A stretch of 64,000 nucleotides of DNA, the filler included, from Stramenopiles sp. TOSAG23-2 (taxonomy: Eukaryota): the NCBI GenBank assembly GCA_900128395.1. It is 9 parts of 9 records of this genome, joined end to end, with 100 filler letters (N's around TTAATTAATTAA, not from the genome) between each part and the next. Parts side by side here need not be neighbours in the genome. Positions count along the whole stretch, not along the records: positions 26,208 to 34,814 come from LT650181.1; positions 34,915 to 43,520 come from LT650182.1; positions 43,621 to 52,208 come from LT650184.1; 6 more parts are not named here. One strand, 5' to 3'. Under the pieces are notes generated by a model, which did no database searches, was not told the DNA's origin, and saw nothing but the letters and a program-made list of their open reading frames with translations. Below, in pieces: positions 32,868 through 43,843 of the stretch. A program made the translations under genes and the position numbers. Every line of letters starts with the position of its first letter. Positions within the stretch are counted from its first letter, which is position 1.

Positions 32868-34814
32868 TCAAAATGCTTTTTGTTGATGTGCACTTCTTAA
32901 TTGTTCTAATTTTAATGGATCCCCAACACCCCATAAACTTAATAATACATGAACTTTAGATGCTTCCGTTGGATATAGTGATTTAAATGTTTTTTTTGAC
33001 AATGCAACGACAGCAGTAATTCGCAATGCGTCAATAAACCCAGTAAATACAAGAGTATCATGCCCTCTAGCTGCTTCTACGAAACATTTTTTTAACTCTG
33101 ATTTATTTAAAAACGTTGGATACAAATCGTAATCTTGTCCTAATCTCATATACTGCTCTAATGTTAATGCACCCCCGCTTGAACCGGCATAATATTTAAA
33201 AACTAAATGCAACGGCTGTGCAAATTTTGCAAATAATGCCCCACTTTCATCTGTCCCACCTGACATCATAGTTGTTTGGCTGATCATATTGCTGCTATCG
33301 TTATTTTGATTATTATTCATTCTTGGAGTACCAAGTGGTGAATTCATTGATCCACCTACACCAACGGCGTTGTTTACCTCTGCTCCTATACGTTGAATTC
33401 GATTCATTTGGTTGTTCATACGGGCCTTTTGCTCTTCTACTTGGCGTGCTTGATTTCGTATCATCTCCTCTTGTTGACGTAATTTCATTTCCCGCTCTTG
33501 CAACGCCGCTTCTCTTTGCGCATGTGCTGCATTAGTAAATTTATTATTACCTTCTGCTAAACGAGCTAAATTTACATCCCCTCCATTTGCAACTTCATAG
33601 GAAGCTTTTGGGCTACCTTCGAATCTTGAACCGACGGCGTGAAGCAATGCATTGCTATTACTTTGCTGCGCTGCGTACATTGCTTCAAATTGCGCTTTCC
33701 GTATAGGCGATGTTTCACTATATGATGTTTGTTTGGATGGGCTATTATTTCTAAAATTTTTCAGCATGGGAGAGTTCATTAACCCGCCCGGAGCACCACC
33801 AAGTGGAAATGCTTCATCATATGAATTTGCTATAGGAATTTGAAATGGACTGCCTTTAATATGCACATGCCATGCAGGCCGTTCTATAGTTTTTTGTGGC
33901 TTCTCTACAACATTTCCCTCTTCATCGTAATGATCATCGTACTCATCATCCACCCCAGTACCATCTTCGTACATGTTGCTCATTACACGGAAACGATCAA
34001 GACTTCCTTGTGAAAAATGAGAACCATCATCAATACGTACATTTATTGTCACAAATGGGCGTACCATTTTTCTAGCAGCTTCTACATCAACATTGTATTT
34101 GCATGTATATGTACCGTCGCCATTATCAATAGGCAATATAAATCCTTCTTCATTTTTAGTACCATTGGCAATAGCCGCTCCTTCGTATTGAACGAAAAAT
34201 TGGTCTCCACCCGTATCTTTGCGATTGCCCATTTTATCACGTGCCTCAATTGTAAATGTATTAATATTTCGTGGATTAGCAAATGCTATCCCATTTCCAG
34301 TTGCTCCGCACATTTTTGCATATATGCTACCTGGCAAAGCAACTACGTGAAATGGACTACCATATATGTGGTGTTGATCGCGTAGAATTTTCAAGCGATA
34401 ACTTGCAACGCGCGAAACGGTATATCTAACTACGAAATGGCCTTCGTCAGGGTCGTACTCAGGATGCAAATCATAATGTAAATGGTCTTTACCAAGTTTA
34501 GACATGTCCAACTCTTGATCATGTCGTTTTTGAATATTTTTCTCCACGTCTTCTTCTTCCTCGTCTTCATCTTCTTCTTCCAAATCTTCTGGATCAACCG
34601 TCATTAACGTTACATATAAATTTGGCTGCAACATCGTGGCATCTGTTTCTCCTAAACGCTCTTGTGTCAACGGATCAACCGCTTCGATAATAAAAGTAGC
34701 CTCTTCTCCAACAATAGCATCAAACAAACCGTTTCCTCTTGCATGGATAGCTTGTGCTTTATCTTTCTCTTCTTGCAACATTTCTCTGTTATACTCGTCA
34801 TCCTCCACATCTTC
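32868..34814 (-). CDS. Filamin-repeat protein with coiled coil and C-terminal EF-hand-like region (5'-truncated)
   Basis: ARGNGL..AIVGEEATFIIEA, HIYGSPF, TFTIEARDKMGN, DNGDGTYTCKY, HIKGSPF; frame open to the contig end. Confidence 0.8.
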   Translation of the reverse strand, partial: EDVEDDEYNREMLQEEKDKAQAIHARGNGLFDAIVGEEATFIIEAVDPLTQERLGETDATMLQPNLYVTLMTVDPEDLEEEDEDEEEEDVEKNIQKRHDQELDMSKLGKDHLHYDLHPEYDPDEGHFVVRYTVSRVASYRLKILRDQHHIYGSPFHVVALPGSIYAKMCGATGNGIAFANPRNINTFTIEARDKMGNRKDTGGDQFFVQYEGAAIANGTKNEEGFILPIDNGDGTYTCKYNVDVEAARKMVRPFVTINVRIDDGSHFSQGSLDRFRVMSNMYEDGTGVDDEYDDHYDEEGNVVEKPQKTIERPAWHVHIKGSPFQIPIANSYDEAFPLGGAPGGLMNSPMLKNFRNNSPSKQTSYSETSPIRKAQFEAMYAAQQSNSNALLHAVGSRFEGSPKASYEVANGGDVNLARLAEGNNKFTNAAHAQREAALQEREMKLRQQEEMIRNQARQVEEQKARMNNQMNRIQRIGAEVNNAVGVGGSMNSPLGTPRMNNNQNNDSSNMISQTTMMSGGTDESGALFAKFAQPLHLVFKYYAGSSGGALTLEQYMRLGQDYDLYPTFLNKSELKKCFVEAARGHDTLVFTGFIDALRITAVVALSKKTFKSLYPTEASKVHVLLSLWGVGDPLKLEQLRSAHQQKAF

Positions 34815-35205
34815 NNNNNNNNNNNNNNNNNNNNNNNNNNNNNNNNNNNNNNNNNNNNTTAATTAATTAANNNNNNNNNNNNNNNNNNNNNNNNNNNNNN
34901 NNNNNNNNNNNNNNCCTATTTTGGGTGTTTTTTTTTGACGAGAAAAACCATTCGAAATTTGGAGTTAAGGAGGTTCTGGGAGTGCGGAGAAGAATTGCCA
35001 GAGGTAATGATAATATTAATATGTCGGTGGATGGTGCTGGCTAAGGCTCTGGGCAACCTGGTGGTTTTTTTTAATTTTTAATAAGAATAAATAAATAATA
35101 TATTATTATTATAATTTTATAAATAATAACGTCTAGATTATTTGATGAATAAAGAATAAAAATATTATATTGAAATAATAAACATGGAAACAAAACAGAT
35201 ACAAT

Positions 35206-38200
35206 CTAGGTACAATTGCACATCATCATGCGACAAGAAGAACATGATGAATGCACGTTTGACCTTCTGTAACGTTTAATTGGTCTAGGATTTGGTAGAT
35301 TTACGTTGTTGTTATTGGCATTCGTATCAATAATCATTGGCACTTGTATTCCGGTAGTATCACGTGGTAATTGCACCAGGTTTGGTGCAGTTGGGTTAGT
35401 GGATTGTGTAGACGCTTTGTTACTTGTTGTTGCTGTACCAGAATCATGGGTATTACTTTGTGTTTGGACTTGGTTTGGTGCAGTTGGATTAGTCGATTGC
35501 GTAGATGATCCGTTAGGTGTTGTTGTGTTAGCAGAATCATGGGCAAATTGAAACCACGGAAGAAGCATCTTCATTAAATCAGATCGTTGTAAACCATACA
35601 CAGCTTCACCTAACATTTTACCAATGTCTTTCAACTCCTCGGTTTCGAGTTCACCTAGCGATTCCAACGACTGGAGCCTTTGCACAATGTCATCGACATC
35701 CACCATACCATCTTTCCACGTACCATGTTCATCGTAATTGTTTTTCCATTTGGTAACAGTTGGTGGATAGGAAAGCTTCGTTAAATATTCAAACTGTTCG
35801 TCAGTGCCGGGTAATTTTGCAAGGTACCTACCTGCAATAACACGGGATAAAGCTACGTACAGATGTGCAAGACGGATTATCGACAAGTGGAACCCAGGAA
35901 CATTTGCAATGGAAAGGATAACACAGGGCAGTGTCATGCCTTGGCACTTATTCATCGTGAACGAAAACCCCAAGCATACTTCCATTCGGCGGACGGGGTC
36001 GTTCTTTTTGTATTTTTTGGAATAAGTAGCGCAATATATAAAGCCTTGTTTGTTTATTTTTGTAATTTTTGCTTTCTTATATCCTTTCCACTTTTGGAGT
36101 GTGCTGTGATTCTTTAAAAAAAGGTCGCTCCACAAGACATACACAATATCGTTTACATGATGGTTTGGGTTCATTTGTCGTTCCAGGTTGGAATTGGTCA
36201 CGGTCAATTTGGACTTGCCAATTTGTACTTCAAGCTCACCATCGATAAAAACATGGATGTACCTTGGCTGTGGGAGTGTGAGGACATGAAAGCCGTCTGT
36301 TGGTGCTTCATCGTATATTTTGTCAACCAAGGCATCAAATTCCGGAGGAAAAGTTAGACTGTAATAACGACATGGTTGTCCATTTGCTAAAACGGTGGAT
36401 TTGCTCTTTTTGGATTTAACATTTCCCGTTAGAATTCCAGGCGCACCGTGTACGAAGTAAGATGAAAAGCCTTTACGCTTGTTGTCTATTTCCTGGTTTC
36501 TCGAGGTTGGCGGAATCCCGGCTTTGTTGATCTCTTCGTACCCCCCACTAGCCAGGCGATGCGGGTTGTAAAATTTGATCACTCTGATGCCGGCTTTCTT
36601 CCCCATTTGCAACGCACGTTTTTCATTCCAGAAATGCCTTTCATTGTTGGTACTGACCAATACAGGTGCAAGCTCGAAGGCAGGATTATCCTGTACCAAC
36701 TGTTCGGTATAATCTTGAATGCCGCGAATACGTTGCATAGTAATTGGGTTTTGTACGGTGGAAAACGATTCAATGAAAGCTGTGTGCTCTGGATCAGAAC
36801 TTGAACGAACTTGCTGAGTCAAGAACTTTGCAGTAAACTGCTTAAAGAGTATAGCTCCAGCAAGCGACGACAGCTTTAATTCTGCACTACGTTGAGCACT
36901 TAACTTTTGAGACACGCATAATTGCACCATGGCAGTGTTCAAGCTTGCGGCACCGATAGGAGGTATTTGATTGAAGTCCCCAAGGACAATAAAATGTTTC
37001 CCCAAAAACGGTTTATCAACGTCCAGGTGGGGTAGGGAATTGTTGCTATTTTCAACTCGGTACATGTTCAAAGCTTCTTTTAGGTGGTCATGAATCTGAG
37101 CAAAATGACGAGCACTAGTCATGCTAACTTCATCCATTATTAATAGATCTACTGTCTCCAATATTGGGTACAGCACCTTGAGATGATTGGCGTTTTTTCT
37201 TTTGTGAGGCAAATCGATGGAAAATGTTGTATGCATAGTTTCACCAGATTTGTCTCCTATATGCATCAATACTGCAGCACTCCCTTGCAACGCGCATCCT
37301 TTAACACCCATGTTCAATCGCTTTAAAACCCGATCGACAATTTTGCGTTGCAAATACGTTTTTCCAGTACCAGGCCCACCATTGATTAGACACAATAGTT
37401 GTTCCCCGCTGCTTAATGTCTTCAGGCAATATTTGAACGTGACACATTGATCATGGAAATTATCCAACTCGGGTGGTGGTTTTTCCACAGGATCTGAGAA
37501 CTCAGAGCTATCGCGATCAATGCGTGGCAATGCAATGTTGCCATCCGCCTTCTCCATCAATTCAGTTAACATATTTTCCGCCAGTTTAACGGAAATGCGA
37601 TTTTTATAATTAACTTTGCGAGAGTGTTTGGAACAAGATTTCGGAAGTGGTGGGGTTTTAACAACATTTAAAAAATCAGTGATATCATTCAGACGTTTGT
37701 GGTATAAGTACTGCTTCCGATACTTTCTCTGGTTCGTCGGATCAATTGCATCCTGGGTCATGTTTTGTTCATGCTGTGCCTTCAATTGAGCATTGGTATA
37801 GTCATCGTTTGATGTTCGTTTTTTCAACTTAACAGGAACTTCATCCGGGTCCATTTCCTTCCATGGAACTGTGGCGCGGGAACGGTATTTCAATTGAATT
37901 TTTCGTTGGATTGGCCGGGTACACATTCCACGAGTCATATTGTTGTACACGTGCCATCGGCCAATGTTGTGTATTTTATGCACAGTTAAACAGTGTGTGC
38001 AAGGACCAGTTTCTGCGGCGGATGGGCAGTCGGCAATTTTATGTAGCTCCTGGTTCATGTTTGCAACGTAATCGTTTTTCCAGCCTTCAACTATGGCACA
38101 AAACCCGTTCCAACTATGGCCAAGTTCCCATTGCGCCTCAATGAAAGGATCTCTCTCTCCTTCCCCCACTACTCCGCATGGTAGTAAGATAGCAGAAAAA

Positions 38201-41200
38201 TATTGAGCGAATACTAAGCGGCGATTTTCAAAGGCAGTTTTGGTTTCAGAGGCTTTTTTAATTGGATATGGAGGACGGTGCCGCCCGATTCGAAGTGGGG
38301 CTACAAACTTTGAGCGAACTTGCTGTATTTTCATTTTATGTTCCTTGTACGATGGACGGAAATAAAACACGGGGTTTTTTTTGCGCCCGCTGGTATTTGC
38401 TGGTGGTACAATATCATCGTCGGTCACTGGTTTTTCATTTTTGTACATGTTGCGTACCAAGATCGTTCCACAGTACGTGTACAAATCCAAATGCTGCAAA
38501 GCATCTCCTCGGTATAACCAATGTTCATATTGGGATGACGTAATAACTGTGTTATTTTCATTGATCCCAATTGATCGCAGACCCCGTGTTGTTCTTTGCG
38601 ATGCACGGACGTAGTCATCATGTTCAACACGGTCAATGTCAACGTCTTCGTCCTCATCGTTATCAACGGTTGCAGGTTTATTAAGCGATGCATGGTTATC
38701 GCTGGATCCAACGTCATTCTCGTCACTTGAATTCGTTGCAGGAAAATCAATTGGATCAAATGCACATGCTACTGGTACTCCTTCTTCGTCGGGAGGTACA
38801 TTTTTTCCTACATCATCGTGGAGGTTGTAATGATACTGATTGTCTGTCCGTGTTATTATCTTGTGCTTGGGGAAATGGGCCCATTCCTTTTGCTGGCGAA
38901 TTTGATCGACGGCTTGCCAAGCAAACAAATAAAACGGCTCGATTGTTAGGTAATGTGCATCCATACCAAGTACTGAGGCGGCCATTTGCTCTGCAGACAT
39001 TTCCGTTGCATTCACCATAGAATTGGTTAACTTTTGCAGAAGGTACAGTGCATTTCGTTTCTCCTCTCCAGCATCTTTTGCTGTGCTTTGCTTAATATCC
39101 ATGCTTTGACGCGCAGACAGGCACATATTCAGCGTATGTGGTGTATCTTGCTTCTTGGAGCTTTTGGTGGTGCTGTAGTTGGTTAGATACATCATTACTG
39201 CTTTGGCTTGCGTCTCGTCGCCCAAACATGTTGCATCAATATTATCACCCAATAACCCATGTGCAATTTTATTGTGGGAGACTACTTTTTGGTCCTTCTC
39301 TGTTGGACGACATGTATCCAATACCAGAGCTGTTGTATCCTTGGGTGGTAATGCCTCGTCTGGTTTAAAATCTAAATTTAGCTCTGATATACTGGGAGAA
39401 TGGAAAGCCAAATTGCTATCGACGTCACAAATAATTTCATCGCCAGTGGTACTAACAAAGATAAGGGACCCATCCTTTTTCAATTTCAATTCCACTTCTT
39501 TAAAACCAGTCTTTGCTGCTACAGCTCTGAGATAGGCCATGCGACATTGATAGTGTCCCATTTTGCCGTGTAAACATGTATGTGTATGTCGATGCATGAT
39601 TTTTTGGGCACATTGATCGCCTCTACGTTTGACACACAAGAGCAGCAGCTTGGTTTTTAGCGCATCAATTTTTTGTACATGTTCTTGTACATCGTTTCTT
39701 TTTTGTTTAATTTCACGTTTGAAGCGTTGCTTGGAATTGTTAATCTTATTGCGCATGGTTTGGCGGTCATCTTGTGGACGATGGGTTTGCACATTCATTG
39801 GATGATGCACCTGCGTAGCAATAAATAGAGCACGTCCATTGGTAGTATCTTCGTGATCTTCATGTGTTTGGGTTGGGTTTTGTTGGTAATCGCTGGTATC
39901 AAAATCTTCAGTATCAGGTACTAAAAAATCGTTGTATTGGTAACTATCTTGAGTTGGATTCGGTTGGTAATCGCTGGTAGCGGAATCTTCTAATGATACG
40001 GTTGATTCCTTACTCGCCCCAGCATGCGCTTTAGCAAGTGCAAAGTCATTGCCTGTGTTATTATTCGTGTCGTGTTCTTCAGTTTCATCTTCATCCGAAC
40101 TTGAAATAATCATATTATAATCATTTGACCGAAACAATCCTTCCATATCAGAATAATCACTATCATCGCTGTCCATTTCAGCACAATCAGCCATTGTTGA
40201 TTTAAGACGAGTATTTACAGCAGAGATGAAGTCATTGACTGTATTATCATTTGGATTGCCATCACCTTGATGAACTAGCATTGTTCTTGCCCGATCTTCG
40301 TCAATTGTAAATAGTTCAAATAGTTCATCTACAACAAATGCATTTTTTATACGTGAAATTTCCTGGGCAGCTGTGTTAATTAAGCTTGAAATCTCGTGGT
40401 CATTACATTGCACCATATAAAATGGATCCGGTACAAAAGTTTCTGTACTTCCAGGTTGCAGCATAGTAGCAGCAGCAGCAGGAGTAGTAGTAGTTGTTGT
40501 TGTCGTCGTTGTGGCTGGTGTATCACTATCTACATCCATTGATACTGATGGCAGCTCAAAATGATGAGTGCAAGGTCCTTTGCCAGCAATATACCCAGGG
40601 CAATTTCCAGCACGATTTACATCTCGAGCGACCAACGCACTATAAATACAGGTTGGGCAATAGTAATAATTGCACTCAGGGCAACAAAGTACATCTGAGT
40701 TTGTGGATAAGCAGTGTCGACACTCTTGGTATTCATTTACAAAAGTTAACAACATTTCCCGGTCGGATTCACCTAACTCACCAGCAAATGATTTTAGTTT
40801 GTCGAAATCTGTAACAACAAACGAATCAACAAACGAATCGCGGCAGACACGAAATCCACAGGTATCGATGTTCACCAGATACCAGTTTTCCAATCGCACC
40901 AATTGCATTTCACGTATACCTGGATCAAACAATTCAGCACGGACCATATGGTTGTTATCAATATGTAGCGATTCGAAGTTGGACTTAACAAAATTCAAAG
41001 CATGCATGAACGTGGACGATGTTGCATATCGTTGATTGGGATTATCAAAATGGCCGCGAAGCTGATCGTTGCGATTCATATCGCTAGGCGGCCGTAAGTG
41101 TGTGGGATTAAATGCTTTCTGTTTCTTCGGGTGCGATGCATCCACCTTTTTTAGCTTCTTCTCAATCTCATCTTGCTCTGATTGCAGTTGCGATTGTTTT

Positions 41201-41258
41201 TCCTTCAATTCAACTAGTCGTTTGGCTGGATCAAATGCCTCAGATTCAGGTTCGGTAA

Positions 41259-41289
<31 letters not shown>

Positions 41290-41754
41290 GTCATGAATTC
41301 CAGCTGTAACATTTGCAATCTCATCTTCTACTTCCACAATCTTTGCCTTTGTCCCTTGGAAACCATGAATCTTCCCATTCAATTGCCTCTTCTCTGCTTT
41401 GATCTCTTTTGTCTTTTTCCCATATTGTTCATACTTGGCATGCACAAGGTGGTCAAACTTTGCAGAGACAGTTTTGTCAATGAATGCGGTGATTTCATTA
41501 CGTTTTGCTTCATCTGCCAGCATTTTCCGTATCAAAGCGACATGTAAGAACGACCATAACAGCACATGAGCGTGGAGAAGACCAGTACCAGTTGCTTCAA
41601 TGACTGCAACATACGCACGTGCATTTCCCCATAATCCTTTTGTTGCTTTAAAATCCATAGTTGTCTTTGATATTGTTGAATATGGCATGCCAAATAAATG
41701 AATAAGTATTGCATCAATGATGATTCGAAACGTCTCTGCGCGTGCAGCGGAATC
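35206..41754 (-). CDS. Helitron Rep/PIF1-family helicase (N-terminally incomplete)
   Basis: HUH motif GLLHAHVLLW, HRHTHTC..CR, Y2-like MMYLTNYSTTK. SF1B helicase motifs GGPGTGKT, MDEVSM, GDFNQIPPI, QQVRS, TMNKCQGMTL, YVALSRV. Frame is open 22 codons upstream of ATG 41688 (DSAARAETFRIIIDAILIHLFG). Confidence 0.92.
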
Positions 41755-42185
41755 TCATGATGCGAGAATTCGTTTATTATGGTTTTTGTTTCTTCTTCAC
41801 TTGGTGGAGGTGGAACTTCATTTTCAATTGCACCAGTGTTTCTATAAAATCGTTCCACTGTCTCACCAATGATACCATATTCATGTATCTTTTCAACGCT
41901 TTCTAATTGTTTTTTGATTTGGCGCAATTTTCTCTGCCGTTCTCTATCTAATTCACGTATATGTTCTTCTTGCTCCTCTATCATTTTCTCTTTCATATCT
42001 TTATCCTTTCTGGCACGTTCTGCTATTTTATTCTTTGTTTTGCGAGTGCGTTGTTTTTGTGGTGTACGTCTCTTCTTGTTATGTTTTGCATGTTGTACAC
42101 GCCGTTTGTCTTTTTCTGCTTTCTCTTTATTTCTTTTCTTCCGTAATGCTTTCTGTGATAAACGTTGTTGTTCCTTTTTATCCAT
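41532..42185 (-). CDS. Basic coiled-coil ORF, probable original N-terminus of the RepHel protein
   Basis: K/R/E-rich helix then VPPPPSEEETKTIINEF; overlaps the RepHel frame out of phase. Confidence 0.55.
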   Translation of the reverse strand: MDKKEQQRLSQKALRKKRNKEKAEKDKRRVQHAKHNKKRRTPQKQRTRKTKNKIAERARKDKDMKEKMIEEQEEHIRELDRERQRKLRQIKKQLESVEKIHEYGIIGETVERFYRNTGAIENEVPPPPSEEETKTIINEFSHHEIPLHAQRRFESSLMQYLFIYLACHIQQYQRQLWILKQQKDYGEMHVRMLQSLKQLVLVFSTLMCCYGRSYMSL

Positions 42186-42862
42186 GTTATCTTCTAGCTT
42201 TTATGGAAATTATAGATTATAGTAAACAATAAAATGCTGATGTTAGCGAAATGCAGTTGCCAATTATACAGAATCTTTATATTCCTCCGATTTAATCATT
42301 TAATTTACTTACACTTTCCGTCGCGCTTTTCCTCCTGTTGATTTTCTCACAGTTTCCTTTGTACGTGCAATTAATGTAATCCTTTTTTTACTTTTAACAA
42401 TATGATGTTTACCTTGTGTATTCTAAACTTTTTCTTTCTTTCATTCGTAACAACTGTATTTTCTTTCTTGTACTCTTTTATAAATTAAGCTGTGTATATA
42501 ATTGTGCCAAGTTTTTGTCGTCATATGAATTTGCAACAAAACTTGTACCATGTACATAGCAAGGCATAGCAGGGAAATCAATAAAAGTCACTTTTGATTT
42601 TTAATTTACACGAGAAGGTATATTGGTAAAAAACTTTTATTCGTGTAAATGGAGTTTTAGTGTAGCTGGAAGTGCAGTATAGCATAGAGATAAGGCTTAT
42701 TGGAGTATCCAAAAGGCGGAAGTTTTAATTTTGTGATGTGAGAATCGGTTGTTACGGTGGAAGTAGTATAAATTGATGTTGGTGAAAATCAAAAAATTAT
42801 CCAGGTGTCAGTTAATAAAAAAGTTTTGACAGGATGGGCATAGCAGGGGAAACCAATAAAAA

Positions 42863-42950
42863 TAATTTTCATTAACACAGAGATCTCTGTGTTAATCAAT
42901 TTTCATTGTCACCGAAGGCTCCGCACCCCTTCGGTGACAATCAATTTTCA
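42863..42950. other. Twin perfect hairpins punctuated by three YAATTTTCA motifs
   Basis: 26-bp palindrome at 42871-42896; 14-bp stem 42905-42918/42928-42941. Confidence 0.9.
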
Positions 42951-43080
42951 GCGTGTAATAGCATCCACTAATTTTTTTCCAAAATCTTCCACTACAACAG
43001 AACAACTATCGGAAGATTTACGCCCAAAAAGGCAACGTTTCTATACTTCTTACAATACCAGTACCATCCAATGTACATGG

Positions 43081-43408
43081 TATAAAAATCATCTTTGCGA
43101 AAGAAGGAACACAAGCATAATGTACATGTAGCTTAATAACAGCAATACACCATTAGTGTCCACAAGCCAATACAACATAGCATTACAGTGGGGGACGATT
43201 GTGCTGTGTACCTATTATTATTATAAAAATCATCTTTGCGAAAGAAGGAACACAAGCATAATGTACATGTAGCTTAATAACAGCAATACACCATTAGTGT
43301 CCACAAGCCAATACAACATAGCATTACAGTGGGGGACGATTGTGCTGTGTACCTGTTATTAAGCTATTTATTGGAGGACGATTGTGCTGTGTACCTGTTA
43401 TTAAGCTA
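43081..43408. repeat. 141-bp tandem duplication plus partial third copy
   Basis: TATAAAAATCATCTTTGCGAAAG starts at 43081 and 43222; GGACGATTGTGCTGTGTACCT occurs three times. Confidence 0.92.
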
Positions 43409-43716
43409 GATACATGCTGTGTCGCTGTACCTTTTTCCCTTTACTATGTCTATGGTGACGCTCTATTAGGCCGTCACAGCACTATTTTGACGACAATTTA
43501 CCTGCTATTGCGGCCTAATTNNNNNNNNNNNNNNNNNNNNNNNNNNNNNNNNNNNNNNNNNNNNTTAATTAATTAANNNNNNNNNNNNNNNNNNNNNNNN
43601 NNNNNNNNNNNNNNNNNNNNCATCTCCCAAGAATTAGAAAAGAGAGAGAAAGAAGGAACGAGGAACAGATCAAGAAGAGTATCTATTTATATAAATATAA
43701 TATATATATATATATA

Positions 43717-43750
<34 letters not shown>

Positions 43751-43843
43751 CACAGAGTAAGGTAGTGTGAATATAATATAATTAATATACATACATACAT
43801 ACATACATATATACATACATACATACATATAAACAATATAATC

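Larger units (their letters stand above)
35206..43520 (-). mobile_element. Helitron (Helitron2/Helentron-like) rolling-circle transposon; termini not defined
   Basis: RepHel ORF, upstream basic ORF, and a hairpin- and tandem-repeat-rich upstream region; more GC-rich than host genes. Confidence 0.85.

Noticed and set aside
35133-35136. CTAG as canonical Helitron1 3' end
   Set aside because: No GC-rich hairpin just upstream on the minus strand, so the terminus cannot be called.
42863-43408. CRISPR-like interpretation of the repeat/hairpin and tandem arrays
   Set aside because: Repeats are only 8-9 nt with palindromic inserts, or plain tandem duplications; no cas genes.
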